A stretch of 64,000 bases of DNA. It comes from Octopus vulgaris (lineage: Eukaryota). Positions 25,982 to 39,441 of this stretch are shown in pieces; the stretch's first letter is position 1, and each line of letters begins with the position of its first letter. The translations under genes were made by a program, and so were the position numbers. The stretch covers positions 45,446,001 through 45,510,000 of the forward strand of contig OX597837.1 of the NCBI GenBank assembly GCA_951406725.2. Reading direction: 5' to 3'. The notes under the pieces were generated by a model. The model had not been told where the DNA came from, made no database searches, and saw only the letters and a program-made list of their open reading frames with translations.

Positions 25982-25985
<4 letters not shown>
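25026..25985. repeat. Perfect 53-bp inverted repeat pair (25026-25078 and 25933-25985)
   Basis: tatttgcactcgcatgcatatatacacacgtgtgtatttgtgaaaactttgat and its exact reverse complement, each abutting (TA)n. Confidence 0.85.
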
Positions 25986-26039
<54 letters not shown>

Positions 26040-26333
26040 TTATATATAGATGATCCAAGAAAATACATTTTGTTAGGCTCATTAATTTTAGTAAATTTAT
26101 ATCATCAACGTACATACATACATACATACATACATACATACATACATACATACACACATACATACAGCATTTCAAGACGTACAGACAAGAAACCAATATC
26201 TCCAAACAAAATACATTGTTTACATAATATATCCTTCAATTATTGTTTCTTTTATAGTCATTATCGTTGCTGCTGCTGCTGATACTGATGATGCTGATGA
26301 TGAAGCTGCCGATGCTGTTGTTTTTGTTGTTGT

Positions 26334-26392
<59 letters not shown>

Positions 26393-26450
26393 TTGTTTTT
26401 GTTGTTGTTGATGATGATGATGATGATGATGATGTTGTTTTTGTTGTTGT

Positions 26451-26481
<31 letters not shown>

Positions 26482-26540
26482 GCTGCCTATGATGTTGTTT
26501 TTGTTGTTGTTGTTGATGATGATGTTGATGCTGATGATGA

Positions 26541-26756
26541 TATAGGTGCGTTAAGTAATAAATGCATTATAGCTGTTATTTTTGTCGCTGCCTGTGCATT
26601 TTTTAATTTCTTGTTTTGTTCCGCTTGACTAAGTTTGTCGACACGGGTCAGATCTCACCCGGCTTAATAGGCAAAACAGTTAAACAATTAAATAGAAAAT
26701 TGGTTCCAGGCCTATAAATTGGCTGGGTTATTGAATGACTTCAACACCGCCTACAC
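26541..26756 (+). repeat. Copy 1 of a diverged ~200-bp direct repeat
   Basis: tataggtgcgttaagta...aaaattggttccaggcctataaat...ttcaacaccgcctacac; aligns to 28744-28940. Confidence 0.8.
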
Positions 26757-27520
26757 ACACTCTCACTTTCTCTCCGTCATATTCTCTCTCCCTCCTTCTT
26801 TATCTCCCTCTCCCCCCTCTCTCTTTCCTTCTCACCCTTTCCTCATCTCTTTCTTTGTCTCTTGCTCTTTGGTCCGCCAGTCAAGCAATTACCATAGTGT
26901 AGCTAACTGTAGAGTATGTCCAAGCCATTTATGTAGAATTATACAGATTCCATGTTCGATGAAAGATTCCAATGGTTCGATGGAAGATTTCTACGCACCA
27001 GATGGATCTTCTGAAGAGGCTCGTTATTCAAGACTTTCAGAGTCTCCACCTTTTACCTGTCCGGTGTATTACCAGTGATACACAGGAAATATTTCCCCCG
27101 GGGTCCGTGCATTAGGTATGATATACATTCCCACTGCTTTATCAACCATCAGAGTAACCTGGGATTTACGAAAGGGAAGCATTATATTACTCAGAACTTC
27201 AGAAACGAGGATTAACTAAAACTTTGAAAACAAGCATCAAATTCTTTTGACAAGCAAAGGGTGAGTATATCCAATGTATTTGGCCCATGTCTTTCACTCA
27301 TAGAAAAAGCTGAAAGCAAAAAGAACGTACATTCCGCAAATTTCTTTTAGACTGTAAGAATTCTTCATGTATAAGACACGCGCTTCATAAAATGTTTAAT
27401 TTATAAACTTTTGGTTATGCTATGTTGAATATTTCCGTAAAGAATGAAATCGTGCTGTACACGATAACCTTCGACTAGTAAATTTCTTTTATCAACTCGT
27501 GGCGCAACCTGTCCGATTGC

Positions 27521-27555
27521 TGTGCCTGAAGAGGAAATAACCACTCCGAAATGCT
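27521..27555 (+). ncRNA. Hammerhead-like core with decayed 3' side
   Basis: CTGAAGA-gga(aataaccac)tcc-GAAA-tgctt. Confidence 0.35.
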
Positions 27556-28092
27556 TGAATCTCACAGTTTGGGTAAGTGGCGCTGCGAGCTGATTCAGGT
27601 GTTTTTACACAATTCGTCTACAGCGAGAAATTTTCTCCATAGCTTAACACAGCTAATGGCTTTCTTATGGGTTCGAATCTGCCCCAAGCTTATTTGAACT
27701 GGTAACAAGTTTATATTTCAATGTATGGGTTCTATGCTTCTTCGTCCTTAATTAGTTTCAATTTGAAATTTCTAGTCCCATCGAATGTTGTGAAGAAAGT
27801 ATTATCTCCCTTGTACTAACTGTCCACTAGAGGACATCATGCGTTTAGAAAATATAAACTTAAAGGGCTTCAACCATAGTATGGAGGTTAATGTAGTTCT
27901 TTTGGAAGACTCGCGATGTCATACTTTCAAAAGGTATGGAGGCTCGTCTGGGTCATTTTGGAATCTCCCCCTCCGAGATGCTTTCGTTGGAAGTTATGGC
28001 GCTTTAATATTTGCATTGTGAAGTGGTTATTTGCAACCATAGAAAGACAGAATGAACTAAACAGAACAGGATGAGACACGTGGGAATGAGAG

Positions 28093-28133
28093 CTGCTGAA
28101 GAGGTCACAGAATGTGTGACGAAAGATTTCCAC
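28093..28133 (+). ncRNA. Hammerhead-like motif
   Basis: tg-CTGAAGA-G-gtcac(agaatgt)gtgac-GAAAG-AT-TTC-ca. Confidence 0.45.
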
Positions 28134-28743
28134 ATATAGGACATAAAATAAGAACGATAATAAATCTGAAGGGAAGGACGAATATACTGTGCGTGTATTT
28201 ATTTGGCAAAGGAAGAAAGAAACGATGACCGTCCCGAAATGTAACAATATCTGTTTCAACACACGATTTCACATCAGAAATTTTCGTCAAAGAAATACAG
28301 GAGTGTAACAAAGTAATAATCACTATAGGTGTAATGACCCTTCTACGATACAACAATATCTGTTGCAACACACGGATCCACACCAAGAATCTTGAAAACC
28401 AAATACAAAAAAACGAAGTAATATAAAACTACGCTCCACCGGAAGTGGCAGATCAATGCCTATGGTGAGGCCCTCGGAAAAAAGAAACCATTTATATCTT
28501 AAACATAAAGACCATCGCATTGAATTTCAACAGACTGAAATGATAACCATTTATGATTGTACAATACGATTGGAGTCATAAGTACAATCAACCTTTTCTG
28601 TGTATTTTTTTCGGCCCATTTCATTCCATTAGTAAGTCCCTTGATAATTATTCTTCTTCCAACAGTTATAGACCACTGTTATTGTTGTTGCTGCTGTTTT
28701 AGTCCATGAGGTTGCTGTTGATATGATTCTTGCTATTTTTTTT

Positions 28744-28940
28744 TATAGGTGTGTTAAGTAACATATACATTGTGTGTCGTTTATTTAAAAATTTCGAGTT
28801 TTGTTCTGCTTCACTAAATTTATTAACACAGGCCTGATCTCCTTCGACTAAATTGCCAAAACAATCCGACTATTAAATAAAAATTGGTTCCAGGCCTGTA
28901 AATCGCCTGGCTTGTTTAATGAATTCAACGCCGCTTACAC
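28744..28940 (+). repeat. Copy 2 of the diverged ~200-bp direct repeat
   Basis: tataggtgtgttaagta...aaaattggttccaggcctgtaaat...ttcaacgccgcttacac. Confidence 0.8.
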
Positions 28941-29026
28941 TCCAACTGTCTCTCCCTTTGTCTCTTTGTGTAAGAGTGTCGATCTGTGTGTATATGTATA
29001 TAAGTATGTGCACATACATACATACG

Positions 29027-29104
<78 letters not shown>

Positions 29105-29106
29105 AC

Positions 29107-29153
<47 letters not shown>

Positions 29154-29285
29154 CTCATTAAGCCTACATGTGTCTATTTGCCTTTCTTCACTTATATATG
29201 TACTTATGTATATATATTATATATATACGTAATATATACACACATACATACACACACACATATATATATACATGCATATATATAG

Positions 29286-29342
<57 letters not shown>

Positions 29343-29349
29343 CATATAT

Positions 29350-29386
<37 letters not shown>

Positions 29387-29390
29387 CATG

Positions 29391-29427
<37 letters not shown>

Positions 29428-29445
29428 ACATGTACGGGAGTGTGT

Positions 29446-29484
<39 letters not shown>

Positions 29485-29614
29485 GACTGTATTCATTAAC
29501 ATTAATTTGTTGGCATGTTTTCTGGGTGGTTAACCAGCTGATTATGTCGGTCTTTGTTCTTCCTCTATATCCAGTCGCCAGCAAAAACACTTTGACACAA
29601 TACGTTGAACAAAC

Positions 29615-29690
29615 AGCCGTTGCTAAACCAATACGCCGCCCCAACCATGCAGTGGACGCCATTTTACCCGACACATACGCCATCTTTGTC
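29615..29690. promoter_or_regulatory. Promoter-like motif cluster (RFX half-site, CCAAT, GC box, two YY1 sites)
   Basis: GTTGCTA 29619-25, CCAAT 29628-32, CCGCCC 29636-41, GCCATTTT 29658-65, GCCATCTT 29679-86 in a locally GC/CpG-richer island. Confidence 0.4.
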
Positions 29691-29845
29691 CTGGTTGACG
29701 TTGATTGAATTTAACAACGACACGAGTTATTTCCTTCCCCCACCGTTTCATACATAATTCTAATCTCCTCCATATCTAATCGATGTACCTTGTATCATTT
29801 ACTTGTTTCAGACATAAGAATGCGGCATATATATATATATATATA

Positions 29846-30073
29846 CTTTATTTAAAGCAGCAGAAAATTCAACAAAACCTGTTACTCTGAGTTTCACGTT
29901 CCCGTTCGCCGGACAGTTTTTGCTAGCAAAAACTGTCCGGCGAACGGGAACGTGAATCTCAGAGTAACAGGTTTTGTTGAATTTCTGCTGCTTTAAATAA
30001 AGCATATTACTCTACCACTGGTATTTGAGTACTCTTTTTTCCACCTTGTTTCACATTTATGTGTTTACACCGG
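29846..30073. mobile_element. Near-perfect 157-bp palindromic HHR mini-element in (TA)n
   Basis: Palindrome 29846-30002 centred on gCTAGc (29923-26); the arms carry ctgt-CCGGCGA-acg(ggaa)cgt-GAAAC-TCAGA-GTA-acag (minus 29879-29916; plus 29933-29970 has GAATC); AATAAA and tail to 30073. Confidence 0.85.
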
Positions 30074-30165
<92 letters not shown>

Positions 30166-30722
30166 GTCAGGTTTCTTTCAGTTTTAGCCTGGGAATATAG
30201 TAGAAAACACTTATCCAAGTTCCCCGCATTGGGACTGTAGTTGGGAAGCATTCTTCTTACCGTACAGCCACTCCCGTAATGCTTCCATCGGGGAATCAAT
30301 TTTAGTGTAAGGCAATAAAGCATGTTGCTCAGAGAAAGATAGTCGTTTCTTAATATATTTATATATACTGTATTAGTCGAAAACTTGAAGCAAGCACTTT
30401 ACTGATTAAAACATATGGCACACGAAAATTAAGTTTTCAGCGGCTGTGTCACTAAGGGTTATAGCAGTTTCGACACTTCAGTCAGACCTGCGTGACATAG
30501 AAGCTAGAGCGTCCATCAGATAAAGTTGTAAGGCAAGAAATACAGTAGAGACGAGCAGCAAAAAGAAAACGTATGGGGTTAAGTTTTAGGAAATGGAATG
30601 GAGAAAAGATAAGTACAGAAGGTTATCTGCCCAAGACAAGAAATTAGAGCCATGATCTCAAAGCGTGTTTGCCTAAACGTTAGACGATTGCGATGAAAAT
30701 AAAACAAAAGGAAAGTGTTGCA

Positions 30723-30821
<99 letters not shown>

Positions 30822-31625
30822 TTGCGTGTGTGGTGGGGAGGATGGGCGGTGGAGTGGTGTGAGTGACCTTGAGTTAAATAACAACGACAGCAGAAATCAT
30901 TTTAAACAGTTTTCCTATTTAAACAGATTCACATATAAACATTTAAATCGTTTTCGTGTTGTGTGTTTGCTCTTATGTAACATAAGCGAAAATCTCAAGA
31001 GAGTAAGGCTCTTGCACAAACACTTTCACCAACACTTTCGTAACTGCTAATGTAACCCAAAGTGATTTTAAGACGCGACACGTGTTTATAGAACAAACAC
31101 AAATGTAAAGTTGATGCAGGCTGCAAGTCAAGGCAATAAAAGCATGGTGGTCACTAGTGACATGCATATATTCATGTACATACATATACACCCCTTCCAA
31201 AGTTAGAGAAGTAAATATATATGCACGCGTGTATGTGTGTCTGTGTGGAGAAGTCAATATATATGTATGTGAGTGTGTGTGTGTGTTTGTGTGTATGTCT
31301 CTATCTCTCTGTCTGTCTGTGTCTGTGAGCACACGTTACATGCAACAGAAGCAATATTAGATTAAAATAGCCATTTATGTATTATGCTTAATGCTAAAAC
31401 CAGTAACATTGCCGATCACAATGTCTTAACATTAAGTATAACACGAATGACTTACGTGCCAAGGCATGAAACTCTCGGACCTTGGGTCACTCTGTTAGTG
31501 CTGCTAAATATTGATAAAAATATACATATACTTATGTTTTGATTTCCCTTTTTTTCCTGTTTGTTTTAACATAGACACACTTACACACACACACATACAC
31601 ACATATATATATAATATATATATAC

Positions 31626-31674
<49 letters not shown>

Positions 31675-31772
31675 TTTGGAAATGTTGACTACCTTGAGTT
31701 ATGTTTCGATGTCGCTTGGTCGAAGATGCAAAGGCTAGGTTTTAGCATTTTCAAATTTATAATTTTCGAAAT

Positions 31773-31830
31773 ATTATGCCGATGAAGGAAATGAATTTTT
31801 AGAATTCTAATCCCGAAACGCGTCCATAAT
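31773..31830 (+). ncRNA. Minimal type-I hammerhead ribozyme (CCGAUGA core)
   Basis: attatg-CCGATGA-agga...tccc-GAAAC-GC-GTC-cataat; 6-bp helix I, ACGCGT palindromic helix III, GUC site. Confidence 0.75.
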
Positions 31831-32020
31831 TAGCCGTAGACTGTTTGATTTCGTTATTTTTCTTTTTGCCTATGTGACTTTCAAATATTGTTGTCTGTGG
31901 AGTCATATCAGTAGTGAAAAGAATTAGCTGTCTTTGGTTGCTATTTCTAAATTTTCGGTATGTGTGAAGCAACCTGTTGCTAAACCCTTAATTATATTTA
32001 TAATATATATATATATATAT

Positions 32021-32110
32021 ATCCAAATAAGCAACAAGGATATCCAAGGTAGTGTAGTACAATCGTTTCATGCTACTTCATTTTATGATATCCTTGTTGC
32101 TTATTTTGAT
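32021..32110. mobile_element. Small fold-back with an HHR 3' half in the spacer
   Basis: aaataagcaacaaggatatc (32025-44) / gatatccttgttgcttattt (32087-106); minus-strand GAAAC-GATT-GTA-ctac at 32058-69. Confidence 0.6.
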
Positions 32111-32175
32111 TATAATCACCCCATTTGATTTATATGGATAATACCATACAAAATTCTGGTGCCTTTATCTGAATC

Positions 32176-32261
<86 letters not shown>

Positions 32262-33163
32262 AACGCATTCAACATATTTGTGCTCGTGCAAATATGATAC
32301 ATAATAGTTCATTGATGGCGGTATGCTAGTTAAGAAGATATAGATATTATAGACAGAAATAGAAAGATAGATAAAAACGAGTGAGTGGGGAAGAATGGTA
32401 GAGATAATGTGTGAAGGAGTTGGTAGCTATATATATCAAGTAGCTGAGCATATGTTAGTTAACAGTACTGAAGATTATTAAAATATATTATATCAAATTC
32501 CAACTAAAATTGTTACGACATCAATATTTGCGTAAATACACGATCAATACTCATTACGCAAACAGAAGCAGAACCTACCAATTATTAGATATTATATATA
32601 GAAAATTTATATCATAAGTACACTAAAGTTGTTATTACTTTAAGATAATATGTTATATCTTAAGATTATTTTAATAGGTTACTATAGGAATTTTAAATAT
32701 TTCAGAGAAGTATGTTTAATCGAATTTGCTGTAAAATAGTTATACGTTGCTACTTATATTAGATTTAACTTATATTTACAATATCTAATTAATACGTTAT
32801 ACTTCTTCAGTATATTATACCCGAAAAACTGCTTATACCAGAAATATTGATCTATTTAAATATATATAAATATCCATATTATCAATGATTACTATAAACC
32901 TAATGATATTTCCTGAATGTCTGTTTTGATGCATGCACACAAGAGATTCCCATTTCAGTTTTAGCATTTAAGAGACGTCTTCTAGAAAATAATATGAAAT
33001 ACAACTCTTTTAGACAGAGATATTTGTGTATATATAATTAACAAAATTTTAGGATCACACAAAATTATCAAAAGCAAAATGCGACCGAAATCATTGAAAA
33101 AAAATATTAACCAACGCAAGACTATATCCATTAACGACGGAACCAAAAGTGAAAAAATGGGCA

Positions 33164-33445
<282 letters not shown>

Positions 33446-33469
33446 TTCCTCCAATTTCCTCCGAAATTT

Positions 33470-34330
33470 CCGCCAAAAGAAATTTGTCCATATGTTTGCC
33501 TTTGCTGAAAATTTCTGACCTGGAATTCAGTAGCGCTTTGGAATTCTTGGATTTAAAATGGATGTGCGATTTTTCAGCTACACACAAGTTACATTTCTTA
33601 TATCCATTAACATATGGCATGAACTTTTCTATGATCTTTCCACGTGATTGTATTTGGCGTGGAGTTGCTCTTCAAACCTCATACATGGCTAGTCAACTTT
33701 GTGGCTTTACTTTTGTTGATGTACCTGGAAGACGATAGGTGATTTGCATAGCGTTTTTCGAACTCACCTTCGCATAACCCAATATAATACTTCTTTTTGG
33801 GTAGGTTATCATGTGACGCTGTTGTCACATCTGCTTCAGATACAACAGATTTTATCATGCACGCCTGATCAAGTGGGCAAGCTCCAGGTTCTCGACAGTT
33901 ACAAATGAGAATGAGCTCTTGGTTATATTTATGGGTGATGATGTTCTTCATTTTGAGACAACAGTTATACAATAATGTATTATAATTGAATGTCTGTTGA
34001 AGACCTTGTATTTGAGATATTCTGGGAAGTGTTTATCTAACAGAAACAGGAATTTCTCGCCTACGTTAGTTTTAACATTCAGGAAGAAAGGGGGTGCCGA
34101 ACCAAATTATTTTCCTAGGGTCTATTTTTAGCTCTATTTTTATGATTCATGTTTTTACAAGAAGGGTTATAATATATCTTATCTTTGAAGCCATTGTTCG
34201 CTAGGGCATTGCTATAGGATGGGTCTGCCTTACCAAAAGATTTCTTAAGAAGAAGAATGATTTGATATTCTATCACTTATGTTAGCTATCACCCTGGACC
34301 ATAAATTAGTAGGAGGAATCATTTTAAAGC
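33470..34330 (-). mobile_element. Penelope-like element remnant: thumb/linker and GIY-YIG endonuclease (pseudogenised)
   Basis: IIWF..PPFFLNVKTNVGEKFLFLLDKHFP..KVFNR; CNCREPGACPLDQAC..SVV.EA.V..YYIGLCEGEFEKRYANH..TKLTSHV; PY..KKCNLCVAEK..LLNSRSEIFSK.KH..KFLL; frameshifts and stops. Confidence 0.92.
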
Positions 34331-35544
34331 CTTATTATCAAAAGTAACTCCAACACAATAAAGCAGGGACTTCAAAAGAGATATACCATAAAACGAACAA
34401 CTATTTGAAATATTACACACACTTAGACATGCACGCATACATGCATACACACACATACATACATACATACATACATACATGCACACATACATATATATAT
34501 ACATACATGCATGCATATATACAAGCACGCAAGCATGCATACATACATGCATAAATACATATATACATACATACATTAATGGATGCAAGCATGCATACAA
34601 ACATATATACATAACTTTTATCCTTTGTTTTTTCTTGTTTCAGTCTTTGGACTGCAGCCATGTTAAGGCACCGCCTTGAAGAATTCGGCCGACAAATAAA
34701 TCCCAAAACTTATTCTCGTGTCCTCTGTTTGCCGAACCGCTATGCTACAAGTACGACGCACACACATACGCACAGTTTCTCTTACATACATGGGCACCAC
34801 CATACTCACCGGCTCAGTCACACACAAACACTTATATCACATCCTTGCAGGATCTTTCTTTATTACACACACACACACACACACACACATGCACATACAC
34901 ACACACACACACATACACACACATACACACACACACACATACACACACGCAAATATCTGCAAACGCATATAGGAATAATTATACACATAGAGATACTTAC
35001 AGTCTTTCTCACACACACACACAGATGCATCCACACAGATATAGACTCACTTAGACATGTTTGTTTAGAGTTAATACCCGGCATTAAGATTTTTATTATG
35101 TAGGCCACAAAGTTAATAGTACAAAATCTAGTTTTCACAGTGGTTCTCTTTGTTAAACAGCTTATGATATTTTGCAGTTTACTGATAAATGAAAAGGCAG
35201 ACACTTAACTAAGAAGTGTCTAGTGATATAAAAATCGATATTTAGATTAAAGTCTTAATTAATATTCTTTTATCTACTTTTTCTTTTACGCTTATGGAAA
35301 TTGGTAGCAGCGTTTATGTGTGTAGCCATTTTGTTCTTTTTTCATGAAACCATAATTGCGTAATACTGCATTATAGCAAACTGCAACACTATTGAAGGAA
35401 GGTCTCGTCCGGAAATAGAGACGATATACATGTATTAATCTTTAGCCTAGACTTTCGGAAATGAAATACGAGTCGAGTCGCCTGTCGTATGTCATATTTT
35501 CATGCTTCGCCACCCCCAACCCCGTTTTTTTTTCCTTTCTGCTT

Positions 35545-35804
35545 TTACTTGTTTCAGTCAATACATCGGAGCCATGCTGGAGCACTGATTTTAATGGTTT
35601 TGTCAAACAATTTGATACCAGTGCTTGTTTTCATTTTACGTCTGTTATGTATTCTTGGAGTTCCCTTTTGCCAATCCGCTATGTCACGGGGATGTAAACA
35701 CACCAACATCGGTCATCAAGCGATGATGGTGGAGACTAACACAGATACAGAAATACACACATATACATACGCGCGCGCATGCATACACACATACATATAT
35801 ATGC

Positions 35805-35858
<54 letters not shown>

Positions 35859-36004
35859 CAGACTTCTTTCAGTTTCCGTCTACCAAATCCACTTACAACG
35901 CTTTGGTCGGGCCGACACTTGCTCGAGGTACCACCCAGTGGGACTGAACCCGGAACCATGTGGTTGGGAAGCAAGTTTCTTACCACACAGTCATTCCTGC
36001 GCCT
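35545..36004 (-). mobile_element. SINE family B, near full length
   Basis: Tail tttacttgtttcagtc, internal TA tract, head ggcgcaggaatgactgtgtggtaag on the minus strand. Confidence 0.85.
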
Positions 36005-36074
36005 ATATGTATTTATAGAGAGAAATGTTGGTAAATAAGAAATGTAGATTTGTAGATAGATAGATAGATGGATG

Positions 36075-36151
<77 letters not shown>

Positions 36152-36761
36152 GTAGGTAGATAGGTAGGTAGGTAGGTAGGTAGGTAGGTAGGTAGGTAGG
36201 TAGGTAGGTAGGTAGGTAGGTAGGTAGGTAGGTAGGTAGGTAGGTAGGTAAGTGGGTAGGTAGGTGTATATGTTGGTCAGTTTGTAGGTCGGCAGGCAGG
36301 AAGGCTTGTAGGTAAACGGATGAATTAATGGGAAAATGGACAGAGAGAGACAGATAGATAAATATTAACAGCTGACCGAAACTTTGGACACTTAATCTCA
36401 AGGGCAACATAGAGAAATAGATTGAAGAATCGATGAGAATGGTTTGACACCAGCATTGTTGGTAAACAGTGTTTTGGCCAGGGAAGATAAATATACATTA
36501 TACACCCGCGTTTCTATGCATAACTCACAGTCGCACACACACACATAAACACACACACATACACACATACACACAAACACATACATATTCATACATACTC
36601 AGCCAACTACAGACATCCACAAAGTTTTTCTGGCGTAAAGATGCAACCGTTCGTTCCATGCTCGCAAACTCGGTCGCACATTCACATTTTTATACCGACT
36701 ATCACTTAGTTTTACCCACAAAATCTTTCGGTCTCCCTCACATGCACACATATACACACAG

Positions 36762-36800
<39 letters not shown>

Positions 36801-37001
36801 TGTTCACATATGCACATACACTTACGCACACACGGAGTATCTCTTACATACAGACGCATCCATTCACACATTCAGTCAACTCTCACACTTGTATACAGAC
36901 TGCCACATCTTCGGAGATTGTTTCACTCTCACACATGCACACGTAGACACAGGTACACACCATACACACACACACACACATACATGTATGCACAGACACA
37001 T

Positions 37002-37304
37002 GTGGAGGCACATGGCCGAGTGCTTAGAGCAGCGGACTCGCGGTGGAGGGATCGTAGGTTCGAATCTCAGACCGGGCGATGTGTGTGTTTATGAGCAAAA
37101 CACCTAAGCTCCATGCGGCTCCGGCAGAAGGTATTGGCGAAACTTCTGCTGACTCTTTCGCCACAAATTTCTCTCACTCTTTCCTCCTGCATCTTGCAGC
37201 TCACCAGCGACGGACCGGCGTCCTGTCCAGGTGGGGAGCCTATACGCCAAGGAAACCGGGAAAACGGCCCTTATGAGCCAGGCGTGGCTCGAGAAGGAAC
37301 AAAC
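37002..37304 (+). mobile_element. tRNA-derived SINE family C, full length
   Basis: gtggaggcacatggccgagtg (A box)...ggttcgaatc (B box)...ggaaaccgggaaaacggcccttatgagcc...aggaacaaac. Confidence 0.9.
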
Positions 37305-38210
37305 ACACACAGACACACACACATACTTACACACACAGACATACACTTACACACACAGACACACACACACATACACTTACGCACACAGAAACACACACGC
37401 ACATTCCTTCACACGTGCGACTACACGAATACTCATCCCCGCTTAAACGTGGATGTTTTGTTAGAAGAAACTATACCGCAGTAGATACGATGAGAGAAAC
37501 TCTCATACTGGCTTCCGGCGCAAAATACAGTCTTACTTATGTCTCTAGTGAGAACATAAATCCCCGATACCTCCAGCGCCGAGACCACCAGGTCATGTGA
37601 TTCCAACCTTCCTTGGTCTCAACAATGATGGATGCTCGTCCGCTAGAGACAGCAGTAACTCTTCTCCATGCCAGCGATATATAAAAAGATGTAGTTGCTA
37701 AAAAGCATTCGTGAAGTAAAATCATGTAGCAACACCAAATGGCGGTGCCCCAGCATGGCCACAGCTTGTGAGCTGAAACTAGATAAAATGAAAATAAAAT
37801 AAAAAATAAAATAGTGACAGAACAGCCGCTAGTGTCACGATTAGTCAGTGAGCTTGTTAAATATATGCATATATATTAGCGACAGAGGTAGTATCAATAC
37901 TGAGAGGTAATATTTATCCCGATGGACGACGTAGTGGTCGAGTGTTTAAGAAGGTCGCTTTTCAATCATAAAGTCCTGAGTTCGATCTTACACCATGACA
38001 TCCTTGAACGTTTTTTAAACGGCGGTGCATCAGCATGACCGCAGCTCTGAGCTGAAACTAGCGAGAAAAAAGAACTTCAAACATGAATGTTCCATTAGAA
38101 CAAACTATACTGTGGTAGACACCATGAGAGAACCTCTCATATTGGCTTCTTTGGTGCAAAATGCTTTCTTGTTTATATCACTACTATATATATATTTTTA
38201 AAAGATACTT

Positions 38211-38241
<31 letters not shown>

Positions 38242-38662
38242 GATGATTGCACGCATTAGATACTCACACATTTCCTCACACACAGAAGTATCCACATACA
38301 CATATTCCCGCATAGTCACACACATACTAGAATAGGTTCTTACACATATAGATACATACACATACTCACAGACTCTGTTATGCACAACTATGAAGGCTTT
38401 TCCCATATTCAGTCACACCCAGACTCGGACAGACAGAATCACACACATGCAGACTCACACACATTCACAAACGCCTATACATTCTCACATACTCCCTCTC
38501 GCACACATACTCGTAAGATCAGATACACGAACATACACATACTACGTCAATACACATACACTTAATGCTCTCCATCACTCTTCTCCCCCTCCCCCTCTCT
38601 CTCTCTTCTCACCTCTCTATCACTCATTTTTTTTTCTCTCTCTCTTTCCCCCTATATATATA

Positions 38663-38694
38663 TTTGGAAGACGGAAACTGAACGAAGCCCGTCG

Positions 38695-38788
<94 letters not shown>

Positions 38789-38985
38789 TGTGTCTGTGTT
38801 TGTCCCCCTAGCATTGCTTGACAACCGATGCTGGTGTGCTTATGTCCCCGTCACATAGCGGTTCGGCAATAGAGACCGATAGAAAAAGTACTGGGCTTAC
38901 AAAGAATAAGTCCTGGAGTCAATTTGCTCAACTAAAGGCGGTGCTCCAGCATGGCCGCAGTCAAATTACTGAAACAAGTAAAAGA
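38663..38985 (+). mobile_element. SINE family B, 5'-truncated
   Basis: agacggaaactgaac...(TA)n(TG)n...cagcatggccgcagtc...gaaacaagtaaaagag. Confidence 0.88.
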
Positions 38986-39117
38986 GTATATATGTCGTAC
39001 TTAGTGCATTTCAGATGGTGAAAGGTGTCCTGTTTCAGTTGTCGTTTACTGTGTGAGTCCATTTTAAAGTTCCTCAGTTGAAGCAAAGATATGTAACAAC
39101 TGGCCGATACATGTTGA

Positions 39118-39184
<67 letters not shown>

Positions 39185-39199
39185 TGCATACATATATAA

Positions 39200-39230
<31 letters not shown>

Positions 39231-39409
39231 TACATATATATACATATATACACATATATATATATACATATATATATATAAATTATATATGCATAATATA
39301 TATCTATACATATATACACATACGCATATATATACATATAGACATATACATGCATACTTATATATATATACATATATATACATATATATATATGTGTGTG
39401 TGTGTGTAT

Positions 39410-39441
<32 letters not shown>

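Noticed and set aside
26559-26580. taaatgcattat resembling a miR-277-type 5' end
   Set aside because: No hairpin partner; lies in a repeat and is not conserved in the second copy
26880-27140. Faint minus-strand GIY-YIG-like words (ISC..YTGQ)
   Set aside because: Needs multiple frameshifts; cannot be supported by eye
37002-37075. tRNA-like sequences (also at 54620-54693 and 33164)
   Set aside because: SINE heads continuing into SINE bodies; no complete acceptor stem
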